64,000 bases of DNA from Mytilus trossulus (Eukaryota): the NCBI RefSeq assembly GCF_036588685.1, contig NC_086382.1:32736001-32800000 (forward strand), written 5' to 3'. The notes beneath the pieces are model-generated. The model worked only from the letters and a program-made list of their open reading frames with translations, was not told the DNA's origin and ran no database searches. Positions 48,402-63,107 of this stretch are shown here, piece after piece. Every line of letters begins with the position of its first letter. Positions within the stretch are counted from its first letter, which is position 1. The position numbers and the translations under genes are program-made.

Positions 48402-51400
48402 TCACATGATAAAGGGTAAATTAGAGTTGTCTCCCGTCCTAGTCTGAAAAGAGATAGAAACTATATAAAGCACTGATTTGTAATACAAAAAAACAAGTGT
48501 TCATTTATCATATAATGTTTATTAAAAACTTAGCAATTGTACGGGTGCATGGGTGCCAATCTCAAGCAGGATCTGCTTACCCTTTAGGAGCACATGAAAT
48601 CACCCCAGTTGTTGGTTGTGTTTGTGTTGCTCAGTCTTTGGTTTCTATGGTTTTTTTGTTGTCGTTTAAGCAATTTAGTGTAGCTTGTTTGTCTGCCTGT
48701 ATTCATTATTTTTTTCTTTTTTAGCCATGGCCTCACCAGCTTTTTTTACTCACTAAAACAAGTGTTAATTTAAAAAAAAAAACTTATATTGTTTAATAAT
48801 AACTAAGCATTTGTAGTACTTCTATAATTCTGTTGGCATGTAAACTAGATTGCTTTATAATTTGTCAATAAAGGTCATTGTCTATTAATATTTCATAGGT
48901 ACCTTTAATATCCATATATCATTTTGAATGCAGCACATCTTACTTCTGTAAAAGAAATGTGAAATGTAACTATATAATAAAACAAAAAATATCGACCCCT
49001 TTATAAATCATTTCATGTGGAACCAAACATTATATGTATAAATGCAACGACAATAATGTTAATAAAGTCAAGCTGTTTTTAGATGTTTAACTTTTGCTAT
49101 TATTACAACTTATTTTGTATTCGTTTCCATTATCGAATGCTGATTGCATATTTCCCCATTGGTACAACATATAACCCTTTAAATACAGCAATATTCAAAA
49201 ATATTTTTTTTTAACTAATACTACTACTTACTGATGGGCTCATTCTGCTAATAGATACACTTTTTATTGTTCTAGTACTGGAAACTGAGCTACGGCTCTT
49301 GGAACGAAGTTTTGTCAGGGATGCTTCTGAACTCTCTGCACGTTCTTCTGCATCTTCAACCTCACTTTGGGCTTTGCGGTATTTAGACAGATTAATTGCA
49401 GCAATTTCTTCCTAAAATTGAAAAGAAAAAGTAAAAATTTCAGTCAAAAATCTATTTAATTGTTTCAGATAAACTTTGTGGGAATCAACTAGAAATGACT
49501 TGGTGTAAAAAATGTATGCATAAATGATGCGCTTTATAACCTATGAATCTGACAATTGATCCCAGATGACCATTTATTAGCATTGATAATGAATATACTA
49601 ATTGTGCTATGTTAGTAACAATTAATCAGCCACATGTGTTTATGCACATACACTAATTAGTAACCAGATAATTAATTGATGTCCAATATACTTATTATTA
49701 TTACTACAGTATGTGCTGGTACTGCATAACCTACTTATAAAAACATTGCCGTTTTATAGAGACCTTACTGCAAAATCATCAATCAGTAAGGGAGCAACTA
49801 TTTAACATCAAGAGGAGGGGTATTGATTTTTGTCTAGAGTCAGTACTTTTTTTAACATTTCATTTTTGTTTTCGCTATCAACCAAATTATTTGTATATTA
49901 AGATTCAAAGTTGAGACAAATATACAAAAATGACGTAGAAGAAATCATGTGGACATTATAAATCGCAGTAAATCTGACAAATACAATGACAAAAAACAAA
50001 ACGACAACACAAGCAAGTCCACAAAGCCTTGCATAGAAATCTTATGGGTGATGAACACGAACTACTACTGAACACTAGGGGTGATCGTAAGTGCTCCGGA
50101 AGGGTAAACAGATAAATAACTTACAGCTTCCTCGACTTGACGTTTGTATGTCTTGACTTTGCATTGAAGTTTGTCCATCATGTCCTGGAGTCTTTCTTGC
50201 ATCTTGCGGTCTTCATCACATTGGAATGCCAGTTCTTTCATTCTGCGGTCAGCCTTGCGCATATTTTTCTGTGTTTCAGCATGGCGACGTTGTTCATTGT
50301 CCAATTCACTCTCCAGATCACGGACCTGATAAAGAAATACGCATCATAATAATGTATTCCATGTCAATTTCATTAAATATTTTTTTTAATAGCGGTGTAG
50401 TATAGCATTTCTTTTATTTATCAAATACATTAATTCAGAGAACAATGAACCTGTTAAATTTCTTAAAATTATAAAAATTGAAAGATGAAAAAAACACGTT
50501 GATTTATGTCTGGTATCAAGTTTCCTAATTTCCTCCTTTGAGTTACTATAATTGTGACTTACTCTCTGTTCCAACTTGGCGATGACTTTTCTGCCTCCTT
50601 TAACACCGCTTGATTCTGATTCGTCGACACGGATATGTAATTCCTTGATGGTAATTTCCAAAGATTTCCTGATTTTCTCGACCTGAGAACTGTGTTCCTG
50701 TTCAGATCTGAGTTCATCAGCAATTCTTGCGGTATCCATAAGGGCTCTCTTAGCACGGTCATCAGCAGCCTTGATCTCGCTTTGGAGTTCATCAAGATCA
50801 GCCTGAGTAAGAAAGTATGAACCATATTAAGTATACATTAAGACGCCTTTTAAATTCAAAAGTAAATTTAAGACTTTAACCATTATTGTCTAAGTTTACT
50901 TTAAATATTGAATAACGTTATACTAGTACTTTAATTTGCTTTTGATTTGAATCATTTTATTTCGTAGAATGTAAACCACTTTTGCTTTTGAAATAATTGC
51001 ACATAAAAGTAATACTAATTCTACATTGCAGAAAATCGGGCTTGATCTTGAATTAAAAATACGAAGTACTTACAGACATGGCTTGCATATCTCCCTCGAC
51101 CTTTCTCTTCTGAGCCTGTGATGAACTGACTTGAGCGGCCAATTCATTGATGCGATCTTGTGCTTCATAGAGTTCACCTTCAGCAACCTTCCTTGCTCTC
51201 TCAGACTGTTCAAGAGCTGATCTGACCTCGTCGATTTCGCTGATAAGGACGTTGCAACGTCTCTCAGTCAAAACGTAAGATTCACGTGACTCATCACGTA
51301 CACGAGTTTCTGATTCAATCTTGATGTGGAGTTCTTGAATTTGAAGGATATATCTCTTCATGTTCTTTTCAACCTCAGCCTTAGCTCTGGTTGCTGTATC

Positions 51401-54400
51401 AAGTGCCATCTCGAGTTCGTTGATGTCTTGTTCGAGCTTCTTTCTGATCCTGTGGGACTCAGCTTTGCCCTTAGCCTCTGCCTCTAAACTGATTTGCATT
51501 GATTCAAGAGCTCTCTGGTGATTGCGTCTGAAATTAAACAGTTAATATGCATTGAAGATTTTAAACTTTGTTTAACTCGTTTAAAAGCATTTTAAAAACA
51601 TCAAACTTCGACATTAGGATTATTAATGATAAATGAAAATAAAAAAACTATTCTAATGACAGAAAGTTGACAAAACAGAGCAACAGTTTTGTCAAATAAG
51701 TCATTTTTTTAACATACCGAGTATTTTCAAATTCTTCCTCTTTCTCTTGGATTCTTCTATCAATGTCATTTCGGACAGTAGAAATTTCCAGTTGAACACG
51801 CATGACCTTAGCCTCCTCCTGTTCCAAAGAGGACTCGGCTTCTTCCAAAGCAGCTTGGAGTTCTTCCTTCTCCATCTCAAGACGTCTCTTTGCCTTTTCG
51901 ACCTCGTGGGAGCTTCGGCCACCATCGGTTAGTTGGTCAGATACCTCACGGATCTCATCTACAAACATTAAATTATTACCCATTATAATCTTCTATACTT
52001 TTGCATATTCCCTGAATTTATTGAAGGACCTTTCGAAATCAAATGCTGAAAACAAACATTACAAGTTGGCTTGTATCACTGAACATTTAAGGATAAAATT
52101 AAAATGACTGGTGGTTTAAATTAAAAAAAAGATACATGCTTACTTTAAAGATAGAATTACCATCTTTTAAATCCATATAGTTTAAACAAAATAGATTTGC
52201 ATTCGTATAGCTTACCAGCAAGATTTTTGTTTTCTCTTCTGAGAGACTCAATAGTGTCATGGGACTCTTCATACTGAGCTTTCATTCTAAAGAGTTCAGC
52301 AGAGTAACTGCGTGCCTCGTTATGAGCAGTATCAACCTCGATCTGGAGTTCTTTAACTTTAACGGTCCATTCTTGGATAGTTCTGTCAAACTGTCTTTGC
52401 TTCTTTTCTACAGTACTGGAGCTAACATTTGACTGTAAAAGAACATAAAAATATAAAAGTTGAAAAAATGTATCTAAATATTTTGTTATTTTAGCTATGA
52501 AAGGCTCCGACATGACAAAAAAATTCAAACGTTAAACACGTTTTATTTCGATCTCTTTTTTTCAAACGGGAAAATCATGTTTATTCCATCAGATTTTTAT
52601 ATGGTTTCTGTTAAAATAAAAAGATTACACAAATCTATGCACTAATACTTACACGTTCAACCTCAATAAGGAGATCGTCAAGTTCTCCTTGCAGCCTGTT
52701 TTTAGCCTTCTCCAATCCACTTGCTTTAGCATTAGCCACCTCAGCTGCCTGTTCAGCCTCTGCCAATCTTGCAGCAAGTTTGCGTCTGAAAGGACAGGTA
52801 TTTTAAATGAATAATGTTGGCTAAACATAGGATAGAATCTCTATGGTTTTTTTTAATCAGGAAAATAATAATTAACAACAGACTGTGTTTCTCCTTAGTA
52901 CTTTCAAATGACAAATACAACAAAATACAAGACTGCTTTCATAAAATCAATATAAAATGTTATTTACATTGAATCAAGTTGGCTGTCACTGTGAAACACA
53001 GAAATAGAAATAGATTAGAAACATCTATTGGGGCGCAACAGTACAACTCGGTGGTGAAAACACTGCCAAAATAATACAATTATTATCCACAACGATCTGT
53101 GTCCACACTTTTTATAATACAATTATTATCCACACCGATTTGTGTCCACACTTTTTATAATACAATTATTATCCACACCGATTTTTGTCCACTCTTTTTA
53201 TAACACAATTATTGTCCTCCCCGATCTATGTCCACACTTTTTATAATACAATAAAAATGAAAACTCATTCATCTTCTGAACTAAAAATACATACTTTGCA
53301 TCTTCTAACTCGTCTGTTTTGTTGGCACCTTCACTCTCGTATTTAGATCTCCATTGTTGTGTTTCGTTCTTTGCTCTCGAGAGTTGACGTTGGAGATCAG
53401 TCTTTGCCTCTTGTTCTTCTTCAAATGCTTCGCGTACTGCATCATTGTCAGCACTCAAGTTTCTAATCTCACTCTGGAATTTCTGGCGTATCTGTATAAA
53501 AAAAAAATATTTCATTTACCAGTAAATATTCAATATACAATCGATCATTCTTAGGTAACACAAAACAATTTTAACCGCACGTAGATTAAAATAATGGACT
53601 CCGGCGGTTAAAGTGTCAAATAGAAAGTAGAAAAAAAAAACTACGAAAGAGGCAAGTTTGGTAGCAATTCATTGTGATTAATATACTCATCATAGATACC
53701 CAGCTTTAAATTTTGTACGGCAGACGCCCGTTTCGTTTAGAAGACAAAATGACAATTCATTTGTATGGTTACATCAAACAAAAATTACATATCCTACATG
53801 TTTTATAATTAAAAACTTACCCTTGTTTCATCTTCAAGTGTACGTCTGGTTTCTTCCAGTGTGGAGGTAAGGGAAGTTTTGTCCTTGGTTAAAGTACCAA
53901 TGACATGCTCAGCATCTTCTAGTTGTCGATTGACTTCAGAAACCTCACTCTGAAGTCTGGATTTTTGTGTATTGATTTCAATAATGGTTCTCTGGGTTTC
54001 TTCGACTCTGCTGTTCATTTCAAAGATTTGGCTTTCCATCTGTTTGGATACCTTGTCTGACACGCCCCTATTTTTCATGGAATGAGAAACTTGACTTTGG
54101 AGGTCGTCGAGTTCGCGTTTAAGGTCTTTTTTCTCCTTTTCTAATCTTGATTTCAGTTTGTTCAATTGATCGATCTGGTCAGCCATCTCGTTGGCAGATT
54201 CTTGTTGTTTCTTTCTAAACTGAGCAATTTGAGACTCATTTTGGAGAGTCATTTCCTCCGTTTCACGGCGGAGTCTTATCAATTCTTGTTCACGTTTCTT
54301 GTTGAGATCAACTTGGGCCTGAGTAGCACCGCCTTGTTCTTCCAGTTGAGAACTAAGCTCGTCTAATTCTCTGGACAGTTCAGAACGTTGTTTTTCAACC

Positions 54401-57400
54401 TAAAAATAAGAAATATTGTAAAATATAACGGCTTGCTCTGATTCTTGATATAGTTTATCTGAAAGTTTATAATTATATTGACTTCTTTTTATGAAATGAA
54501 AACAACCAGTTTTGAAATAACTATCAGAGAAATATGACTATTCAAATGACTTATAACTTTAACATGATAACTATTATTATGTTAGAATTTGATTTTGAAA
54601 TACCTTAGCTCTTGCTGCTCTCTCGGCGTCCAATTCTTCCTCCAATTCCTCAATAATTTGTTGTAGATCCTTTATTTTCCTGTTTTGCTGAGCATTAACC
54701 CCTTCACAGTCCTCGATTCTAGAATTCAAACTGTTGATCTCGGCATCCTTCCTAAAATTTTAAATAATGGAAGTTTGATATAAATTTAAAAACAGAGCAA
54801 CATTAAACTTATTTGAAACAGAATGTTTAACCGAAAACCAGCACACACCAGACGAGAGGCATACACTAGTATGCCGATTTTACATTATTGATAGCAGGAG
54901 CCAATTCATTTGAAAGCCAAATATGTATAAATATAGGTAACAAAAGATATAATGTACAAACCTCCTATTGGCCTCTTCCATTTCTCTCTTGACACCTTCA
55001 AGTTCGTCTACGATTTCCTGTGTTGCCTTCAAGTCCTGTTCAACCTTACGCTTGGATTTCTCAACATCGCCTCTGATTTTCTTTTCTCTCTCTAAGTTAT
55101 CTTCGAACTCGTCAAGAGTCTGTTCAAGTTTTGATTTCAGTTTGTTAAGATGATTAACTTTGTCTTCTTCCTTTTGGAGATCTTCTATTGTCTTTTTGTT
55201 AACCTCTTCCAAGTGTTTCTTTTCTTTGTTCATTTTGCCAATTTTTTCATCTTGTTGTGCCATCTCACCTTGGAGAGTCTTGATTTGGCTTTCCTTGTGA
55301 GTATTATCTTGTTCAGCCTATTAAATTAATAAAATCAACATCAACATCATTATCATTATAATATCAGTAAAACGAAAAAAAAATAATTCAGATTATACTA
55401 ACAAAACCTAGTGCCATGCCTTCATACTGCAAAATACGATATTTAATATAACTCAACATTTATAGCTCCGTGTGTTGATATAGTCCAGCATTTTAATTTG
55501 TCAGGTTGTATGGACTTCCCCTTTTTTCAAATTTGCATTGAAGTTCGATACTTTGTTAAAACATTTCCAGAAATATAAATCATGGTTACCTTGGTCAACG
55601 ATGTTTCGAGATCTTCGATATCTCTCTTCAGCTCGGAATTTTCACCTTCCATTTTCTTCTTCAAACCTTCCAGCTCAGCAGCAGCATCTTCCTCATCAAG
55701 CAGACGTTCGTCCATCTCTTTCATTTGACCTTCGAATTCAGCCTTCTGTTGGATAAGTTGTTCTACTCTTTGTTCAAGGTCGATGACATTATCTTGCTCA
55801 GATTGCAATTGTAAGTAAGCTTCATTCTTTTGTTCCAACAATTCAACATTCTTCATTTCAAGTTCTTTCTTGACCTTTTCAACCTTGGCTAGATCCTCTG
55901 CCATTTTGTTCATCTCTTCGAGTTTCTTCTGCATTTCTTCCTCTTCCCGGGCAATGTTCAACATAGGTTTGACCTTGGCATACATCTTCCACCAGGTCCA
56001 GTTGCGGAGCAACAACCATTTTCTGATGTTACGCTGGATGACAGACAGACCAACTCTGATATAAAAGAAAGTATGTGTGTTAAGGGTTTTGTGAATTTTT
56101 TTAAAATAGGTTAGATAGGAAGGTAAGGATGTTTTGGTGATAACATTTAAACACGTTTAAAATGTATCAATAAAAATCTGAAAATCAGACAAAAAAATAG
56201 TATAGAAGCATAAACATATTTTTGATGACTTTTATTACAACCTTTTTAAACTTCAAAATACTAATTACACAAAATATATGAAGAAAGAAATAGTTAATAA
56301 TAATGGTAAAACAAACATTTGATATCAGTATGTTCTTTTATTTCAATGATTTCAATGGTATAATACAATTACTAACCTCTGATCCTGAAGTTTCTTGTAG
56401 GCCTTCCTGATCAAAAAGGCTCTGACGTGGGCTTGCATCATGGAAATGATAGCACCTAGACGCTCATCACGCATGCCTTCTAGGTTTCCAAGAACACCGG
56501 CTTTGAAGAAGACTTTAGTTCCTCCAAGTTTGTATTCTGCTGGATCAAGCTGTAAAGCCAACAGTACTTTTTCTGTGACAACTTTGCCGTCAACAAATCC
56601 CTGTGGAACAGCACTTGCAGCGAGAATTGAGTATCTTTGTTTGAACTCAGCATATATTATTCTACTTGGGAATCCTTTACGGCAGATACGGATTCCTTCG
56701 AGTACACCGTTACATTGAAGCTGGTTCAATACCAAAGCAGCATCAATAAGACCTGGAAACATTTCAAAATACAAGTGTTAGCTTTCCAAAGAAACTCACA
56801 ACGATATATCATTACTCTCTTGGTAATAATCCTAGTTATTATAATATTCCAACACAAAGAATATTTAAGCTTTTTCTGAAAATATTTCAACGTTATTTTA
56901 TGTATCTTGTTAAGCAATTCAATAAATAGGTAGACATGGAATATTTTCTGTATCAGTATTTATAAAATAAACTTTTTTTTGACCGATTATAGGACGTAAA
57001 AGCATTAACTGATATGAACATTTAAGATAATTGACAGATTTGAATAACTGGTTAAGACACGATTTTCATTGCTTAAACTCTGTTGGCTACAAAATCAATA
57101 ACAACGTTAAAAGGTTTATTATGTGGTACACACTTACCTGGCTGTTTCAATTCGTTTGGAATGATACATCTGACGAAATGAGGATGGGTGGCGTACAAGT
57201 TCTTCATCAATTTGTTCAAAGATTCCTGTGAAAATGAAATTAATATTGTCAAAAAACTATAATGTTATCATTTCCAACAAGTTGAACATATTTTATCTAG
57301 ATATTTTATCTCATGAATTAATGTCTTTTATTCTGATGATTTGTAAAATAAAATATACAAATAAAAGATCTCCAATGAATATTTGATATTTCAAAATGAA

Positions 57401-60400
57401 GGAGAAAATTGGTGCATTGATATGATTTAAAATTAAATTAAGGAGCGAATTGAGTACACCGTCCCTAAAGACTGACTTACCCTGTGTACGGCGGAGATGG
57501 TTTGGAAAGCAGAGGACTTCTTCTTCTTCTTGGGTCCACCAGCTCCTTCAGCGGGTGTTTCTGCTGCAAAGAGTGTTTGGACTAAGTGCTCCTTTGATTG
57601 TGCCAACAATGCTACTACAGTTTCGTTGATGGGATCCTTGTTTTTGTCCAACCATCCCTTAAGGTTGTATGGTACCTTTAATATTGGAGATAAAATATTA
57701 ACTTTATTGCAATATATGCATCAACTGAGAATAGAAAAGAAGACAGATATATTTGTACTCCATAAAATATATCATTAGTTTTGATTTTCTTTTTTTATAT
57801 AAACATGTAAATGGTACGTCGTTTAACGTTCTCATTAACGGTTTTGCAGCTTCACAGAAATGTTTTGTTACTACTTATATACTTACAACTCCGGCGTAAT
57901 GATGGAGTTCAAAGTCGCCATTCTTGCCCTTGGATGCCTTTCCTGGTTTTGTGAAGTTGGGTGATTTGCCCATGTGTTGTCCAAACATCATTTCTTTCAA
58001 GGACTTGTCATCAGCCTTAGGGAACATGCACTGTTCCTCAAGGATGGACAAGATACCCATAGGCTTCTCGATAAGATCGATACAGGCTTGCAAGTCCATA
58101 CCAAAGTTGATAAATTCCCACTGGATTCCTTCTTTCTTATACTCCTCCTGCTCCAGTACAAACATGGTGTAGTTGAAGAACTGTTGAAGTCTCTCGTTGG
58201 TGTAGTTAATACATAATTGTTCAAATGTGTTGAACTGCGAAAAAAAAATATTCATGAAATAACTGCGTATATGCAACCGTCTTCTATTTCATTTATTTAA
58301 TAATCAAGATGAAGACTAGAAATAAAAAAAGACCTTTCTTTTGATATATATTTGTTTTTTTCTAAATTTCATGATGTTGTTAAAATATCCCTTACGGTCT
58401 ATGTTACTACATGGACACAATACAAAAAGCACGACATATTTTTCATGAAACCTGTTCCATTTTTGTTCAATTAGAAATAATTTGTTGCTTTGAATTTCAA
58501 ATTTCGATTTGAAAAAAAAGATAATATGATCACCATCACAAAATAATTAAGCACTTACATCAAAGATTTCAAAACCTGCAATGTCCAGTACACCAATATA
58601 GTAGTTTCTTTTAGCTTTAGTATCAAGACTCGTGTTGACTCTCTTCACTAACCAGTTGAACACACGATCATACAAAGATTTAGACATAGCACTGATGGAG
58701 TTGACGACTTGATCTTTGGTACGAGACTGTGATACGACCTCTGTGCCGACCTTGATCTTTGGTTTGACGAGAGATTTAATGAAATCGTTTGAATTAACTC
58801 CTAGCAGGAATGAAACTTTTTCAGCCTCGGTGGTGCCATCAGGTTCAGCTTGTTCTCCTCTCTGTTTGAATTTCATTTCACCCATGTGCAAGATAGCGGC
58901 GGTACACTTGTAACAACTCTTCTTCTCCTCGTTTGAGAAGCCCAGAATGTCGAAAGCTTCCTGAAAATAGAGGTTTAAATGTTTTGAGCCACACATAATT
59001 TTTATATAATTTCCTGATCATGCAAATATCGGCATGGAGGTAATTGCTTCGAAACATTATCCTATGCTATCTGATGCTTATAAGAACAATTTCAAAGAAA
59101 TGATTTTAATTTGTAAAAGTATTTTGGGTAAGACACTGAATAAACTTATGTTCTATGAAAGGACCTCGTAATTGGCCTGTATTTCAGATCAAAAAAAGTT
59201 GAAGATAAATTAACAAAAAAAACTCTTCATTTACCGAACTATATATATACATATAAGTTTTCTATCCAATTTGAATGATTTGTACAGATCTCATAAAAAA
59301 TCTTGGAATTATCAGCGGATAGAACTAAAGCGTATCGGTTTTGAGAAGCATTATTATTTTTGTACTCACGTCCATAGCCTTCATTTCATCGTTATCATTA
59401 ATGGAGTCTACTGTAAGAGCACCTTGGTTGATAAATGTATAAAGTGCTGGATCTGGAGTAACCAACATCATTTCATGATTTTCTGCCATGGCGGGTGTCA
59501 ACAGTTGGTAGAACACGTGGTAGTTTCTTTCGGCAGATAAACAGAAGGTGACACGGGACTTCTCCAGCAGATCTGTTAAAAAGAAATAAGTAAGTGTTAA
59601 AGAAATTTGTTAAAAAAAACTAGTTTAGAATAAGTTTTATCATTTCTTAAGAAATCTGTCTTAAATGGCTTATATCCAATTTATGTTTTCTAAGCCTTAG
59701 TTTATTTATTATGGAATAATAGCTTGAAACTTTCAAATTTGTTTTTACATAAACAAATTATTTCAGAAACAATAAATTACTTACATGTTTCAATATCAGC
59801 TCCAGCAATTTTACCATCAGGACCAAAGTGAATTCGGATAAACTTTCCCTGTAAAATAGAAAAAAATATTTCTTTTCAAACAATGTCAACATTTCACAAA
59901 TCAATTTTAACGAAGACTATAATCAACTATCAAAATATATTTAATTTTCAGACACAGATACACTGCATTGTTTTGGTTAAAAAGATGAATATACGTATAA
60001 CTTGTATTTATAGTTACTAGAGTAATAAGTTAAAGGTAAACCATTCAGTATTATTACCATCAAGAGTATTGCGGTTGTCCACGCTGTTAAGAAATGATTC
60101 TGTTACCTGTATTAATAGGTACTGTACGATTTTTAAAAATTCCAAATTGAGAAATAACAAGTTAACACTACATTTTGAATAAACTTACGAATCTAGATGA
60201 GTTGTTATTTCTGGTAGTCTTGGCATTACCGTAGGCTTCAAGTACAGGGTTAGCCTGAATAATCTGATCTTCTAATGAACCCTTCAAATATGCAAAACCA
60301 TCTTTTAATATACAATGAAAACAAGTCTAATGAACCCTACAAATATACAGTAAACCTATTAATGTATAATGAAAACAGATCACAATTTCAAAATTAAAAG

Positions 60401-63107
60401 TTCAAAACAAAGTAGCTGCTAAGTAAATTCCATTTAAAAATTGTCTCATCTTTCTGTTTTTAATGTTAAACACTTTTAATACATTTACATTGTTTCAAAC
60501 TGACAAATAATAAAAATGATAGTATGTATGACTATTCACCTTCTTTGAGGCTGCTGCTGATTCCTCATCAGATTTTTTTCCTAGAGAGGCAGCGACCTTG
60601 GCGAAGTACATGATAACTTTTTTGGTGTTTTCTGTCTTTCCGGCACCGGATTCACCTCTGAAAGGGAAAGTGTTTTAATGACATGAAATAGATTTTGTTT
60701 TATTCAGAGCTAAAAATCATTTTGTGGGAAGTAGAAAGGAGAATTGAAAAAAATTAAGGGAGGCCATTTATGTACACGAAAATTACCTCATTGAACAAAA
60801 AGATTTGAAATCTTCCCATAAGATCTTTATTTTCAGCTGTACTTTACTATATTGGGTTTGTAATACACCAATGATTTTAAGGGTTTAACCAAATGACAAA
60901 TGGTACCGAAAATATATTTTTAGAACTTACGTAATCAAACAAGACTGGTTTTCACGATCTTGCACCATGGACTGGTAAGCATTGTCAGCCACAGAGAACA
61001 AATGAGGAGGCATCTCAGTCTTCCTCTTTCCCTTGAATTTAGCAACAACGCTGTCTGTGTAGATTGGCAGACGTCGGTAGGGATTGACGGCAATACAGAA
61101 GAGTCCAGAGTAAGTCTGTAAGGCAAAGATAAAATTTCTACATTTAAATTTAAAAACTAGTGTGGACACAGATCAGTGTGGATAGTTTGTTTGACAGTGT
61201 TTTCTGACAAAAAGAGTTCTCTTGGTTATCCCAATAGAGTTCTATGTTGAACTGTTTAGATATGAAAATAAGAAGACGTGGTATGATTGCCAATGAGACA
61301 ACTCATCCAGAGACAAAAGTATATTTTACCTAATTCCAAGGATTCATTTCTTTTATAACAATATTTAAATGACCATTACGTATGAAACAGAAATTTGCAG
61401 ATTTTAAAATATTTTGTCATTGAAATCAAATTAACTGCTAAAAGTTAACGTAAATTGCAACATGAAGACAGAAGGAATTTATAACAACAATTATCTGCCT
61501 TCAATGATTAACAAACTTACGTAAATAAGTGAGTTTGAATATCTAGCTCTAAGATTGTGAAGTACAGAAGCTTCGTTTAAGAATGTCATGTTGGCCATAT
61601 CTTCAATCATTTCATATTTTGGGGGATTCATCTGTTGGAGGTCATCCTTCTTAACTGTTCTGTCCTGTAAAGAAATAAAACATCACAGGTTAGTGAAAAG
61701 AGGGTCTGATTGGGGATCCTTTATTTCTTATTCAGTAGACCATTCTTCTCTATTCTTGATCTGTATTGCTTATTATTCTCAAATTTTTAAATGTTTACCC
61801 TTTATTCTCTTATTTTTTGTGCCATATTTTTCTATATTCTGATTTTTTTTGGTCCTTTTAGCTGAATTTTTTGCAAGGTGGATGCTTTACGTCCAGTGTC
61901 AAATATTACATGTTTCTTCAAAACTATACTATGCTTAAGTGATAGGATCGTGATAATTACCATAATTGCGTCTTATTCCGGAATCTAGTAATAATTTATT
62001 TCCATTTATCGCGTGTTAATTATCTAACATCATTGCGCATTTTATGTTACAGTGTACAAGTACTCCCTTAACATGAAATCAGTGGCGGATCCAGGGGGAG
62101 GGTTCCGAGGGTTGGACCCCCTCCTTTTTTTTGGGACGATCAATGCATTTGAATGGGGACATATAATTGAACCCCCCTCTTTTTTGTCCTGGGTTGGGAC
62201 CCCCCCTTTTTTTAAATGGCTGGATCCGCCCCTGTAAGTATAAACCAAACAATTAAGGATGTTCGCTATTCTTGTTTTTTGTCAATTTGTCAGATATTTG
62301 TCAGATATTTAATCATTTTGTCCATTTAGTGCCAATAGAAAATGAGCTCGCTAACATAGATTTATTGCATATAGTTTTAAAATCAATTTTTGAACATCTT
62401 TGAAAATACTTGTTATTTTTCATGGTTTTTGAGAGAATAATAACATTAACGGTACCAATTTTCCTGCACCCGATGCGCATTTCGACAATACATGTCTCTT
62501 CAGTGATGCTCGTGGCCGAAATGATGGTTATGTTAATTTTATAAAAATCCAGAGAGAATCAATTCCCGCCTAAATTGACTATTGAAGACCTGGTGGTAAC
62601 CTTCTGCTGTTGTCGGTTCTACGATCGGGTTGTTGTCTCTTTGACACATTCCCCATTTCCATTCTCAATTTTATATTTATCCCAAAAAAACAAAGCACGG
62701 AGCTTTCATTTTTCTGGGTTTTTCATATTCATTTCTTTATATCCTATATATCGTTCATTTTTTTATAAGCCTGTAATTTGAAAGAGGAGCGAACATCCTT
62801 AGAGGTTATTAAGCATTAATAAAATTAATCAGCTCTGAAACCGTAGGCTAAAACAACGGTTAAGCACTCGGGGTAAATAAATATATAGGAATAAAAATGA
62901 CTGTACCTGGTTGGAGTCAATACATTTCACTGTAATATCATCTCCTTTTGTGGACTGAATTTCAGCCTTAACAAATCCTTCTTTGTCGTCGGTAATCCAG
63001 AACATTTTCTTGCCATCGAATTCCTTAGTTTGTTGCGCCAATAACTTCTTCCTATCTACCATTAAGTATGGATAATCAGGATCCTTGGGATCGATTTGAG
63101 ACGCCAT
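48402..63107 (-). CDS. Mhc: Muscle (striated-type) myosin II heavy chain, copy B, ~1943-1956 aa depending on tailpiece
   Basis: Coding exons: 62907-63107, 61521-61664, 60931-61115, 60540-60657, 60189-60281, 59785-59848, 59370-59572, 58559-58960, 57887-58234, 57481-57675, 57138-57225, 56377-56752, 55590-56055, 54962-55317, 54604-54751, 53821-54399, 53295-53491, 52653-52785, 52216-52432, 51718-51958, 51074-51527, 50563-50802, 50125-50325, 49232-49411 (read-through stop at 49211-49213), and terminal 48402-48443. All lengths equal copy A except the last core exon (21 nt shorter). Confidence 0.96.
48903..48945 (-). other. Mhc: Putative stop-containing cassette exon of Mhc-B
   Basis: TTTTACAG|AAG TAA ... 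AAAG|GTACCT; paralogous to 20197-20242. Confidence 0.58.
53071..53250. repeat. 43-bp tandem repeat, about 4 units, in a Mhc-B intron
   Basis: ataatacaattattatccacaccgatttgtgtccacacttttt is repeated; a single unit is present in A (~24897-24935). Confidence 0.85.
62080..62234. mobile_element. Short GC-rich MITE (same family as 13868-14023)
   Basis: TIRs cagtggcggatccag / ctggatccgcccctg. Confidence 0.78.
62466..62509 (-). ncRNA. Minimal type I hammerhead ribozyme motif (PLE-type, palindromic stem III)
   Basis: Minus strand reads GCAUCA-CUGAAGA-GACAuguauUGUC-GAAA-UGCGCA-UC^-GGGUGC: complete catalytic core, stem II, palindromic stem III, and stem I with one mismatch. Confidence 0.8.
62580..62674 (+). 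mobile_element. Naiad 3'-end fragment
   Basis: Matches ~235-335, ending ccattctcaatttta. Confidence 0.82.

Noticed and set aside
20527-58913. Many plus-strand ORFs of 60-100 aa overlapping myosin exons
   Set aside because: These are antisense shadows of the coding exons, duplicated only because the gene is duplicated.
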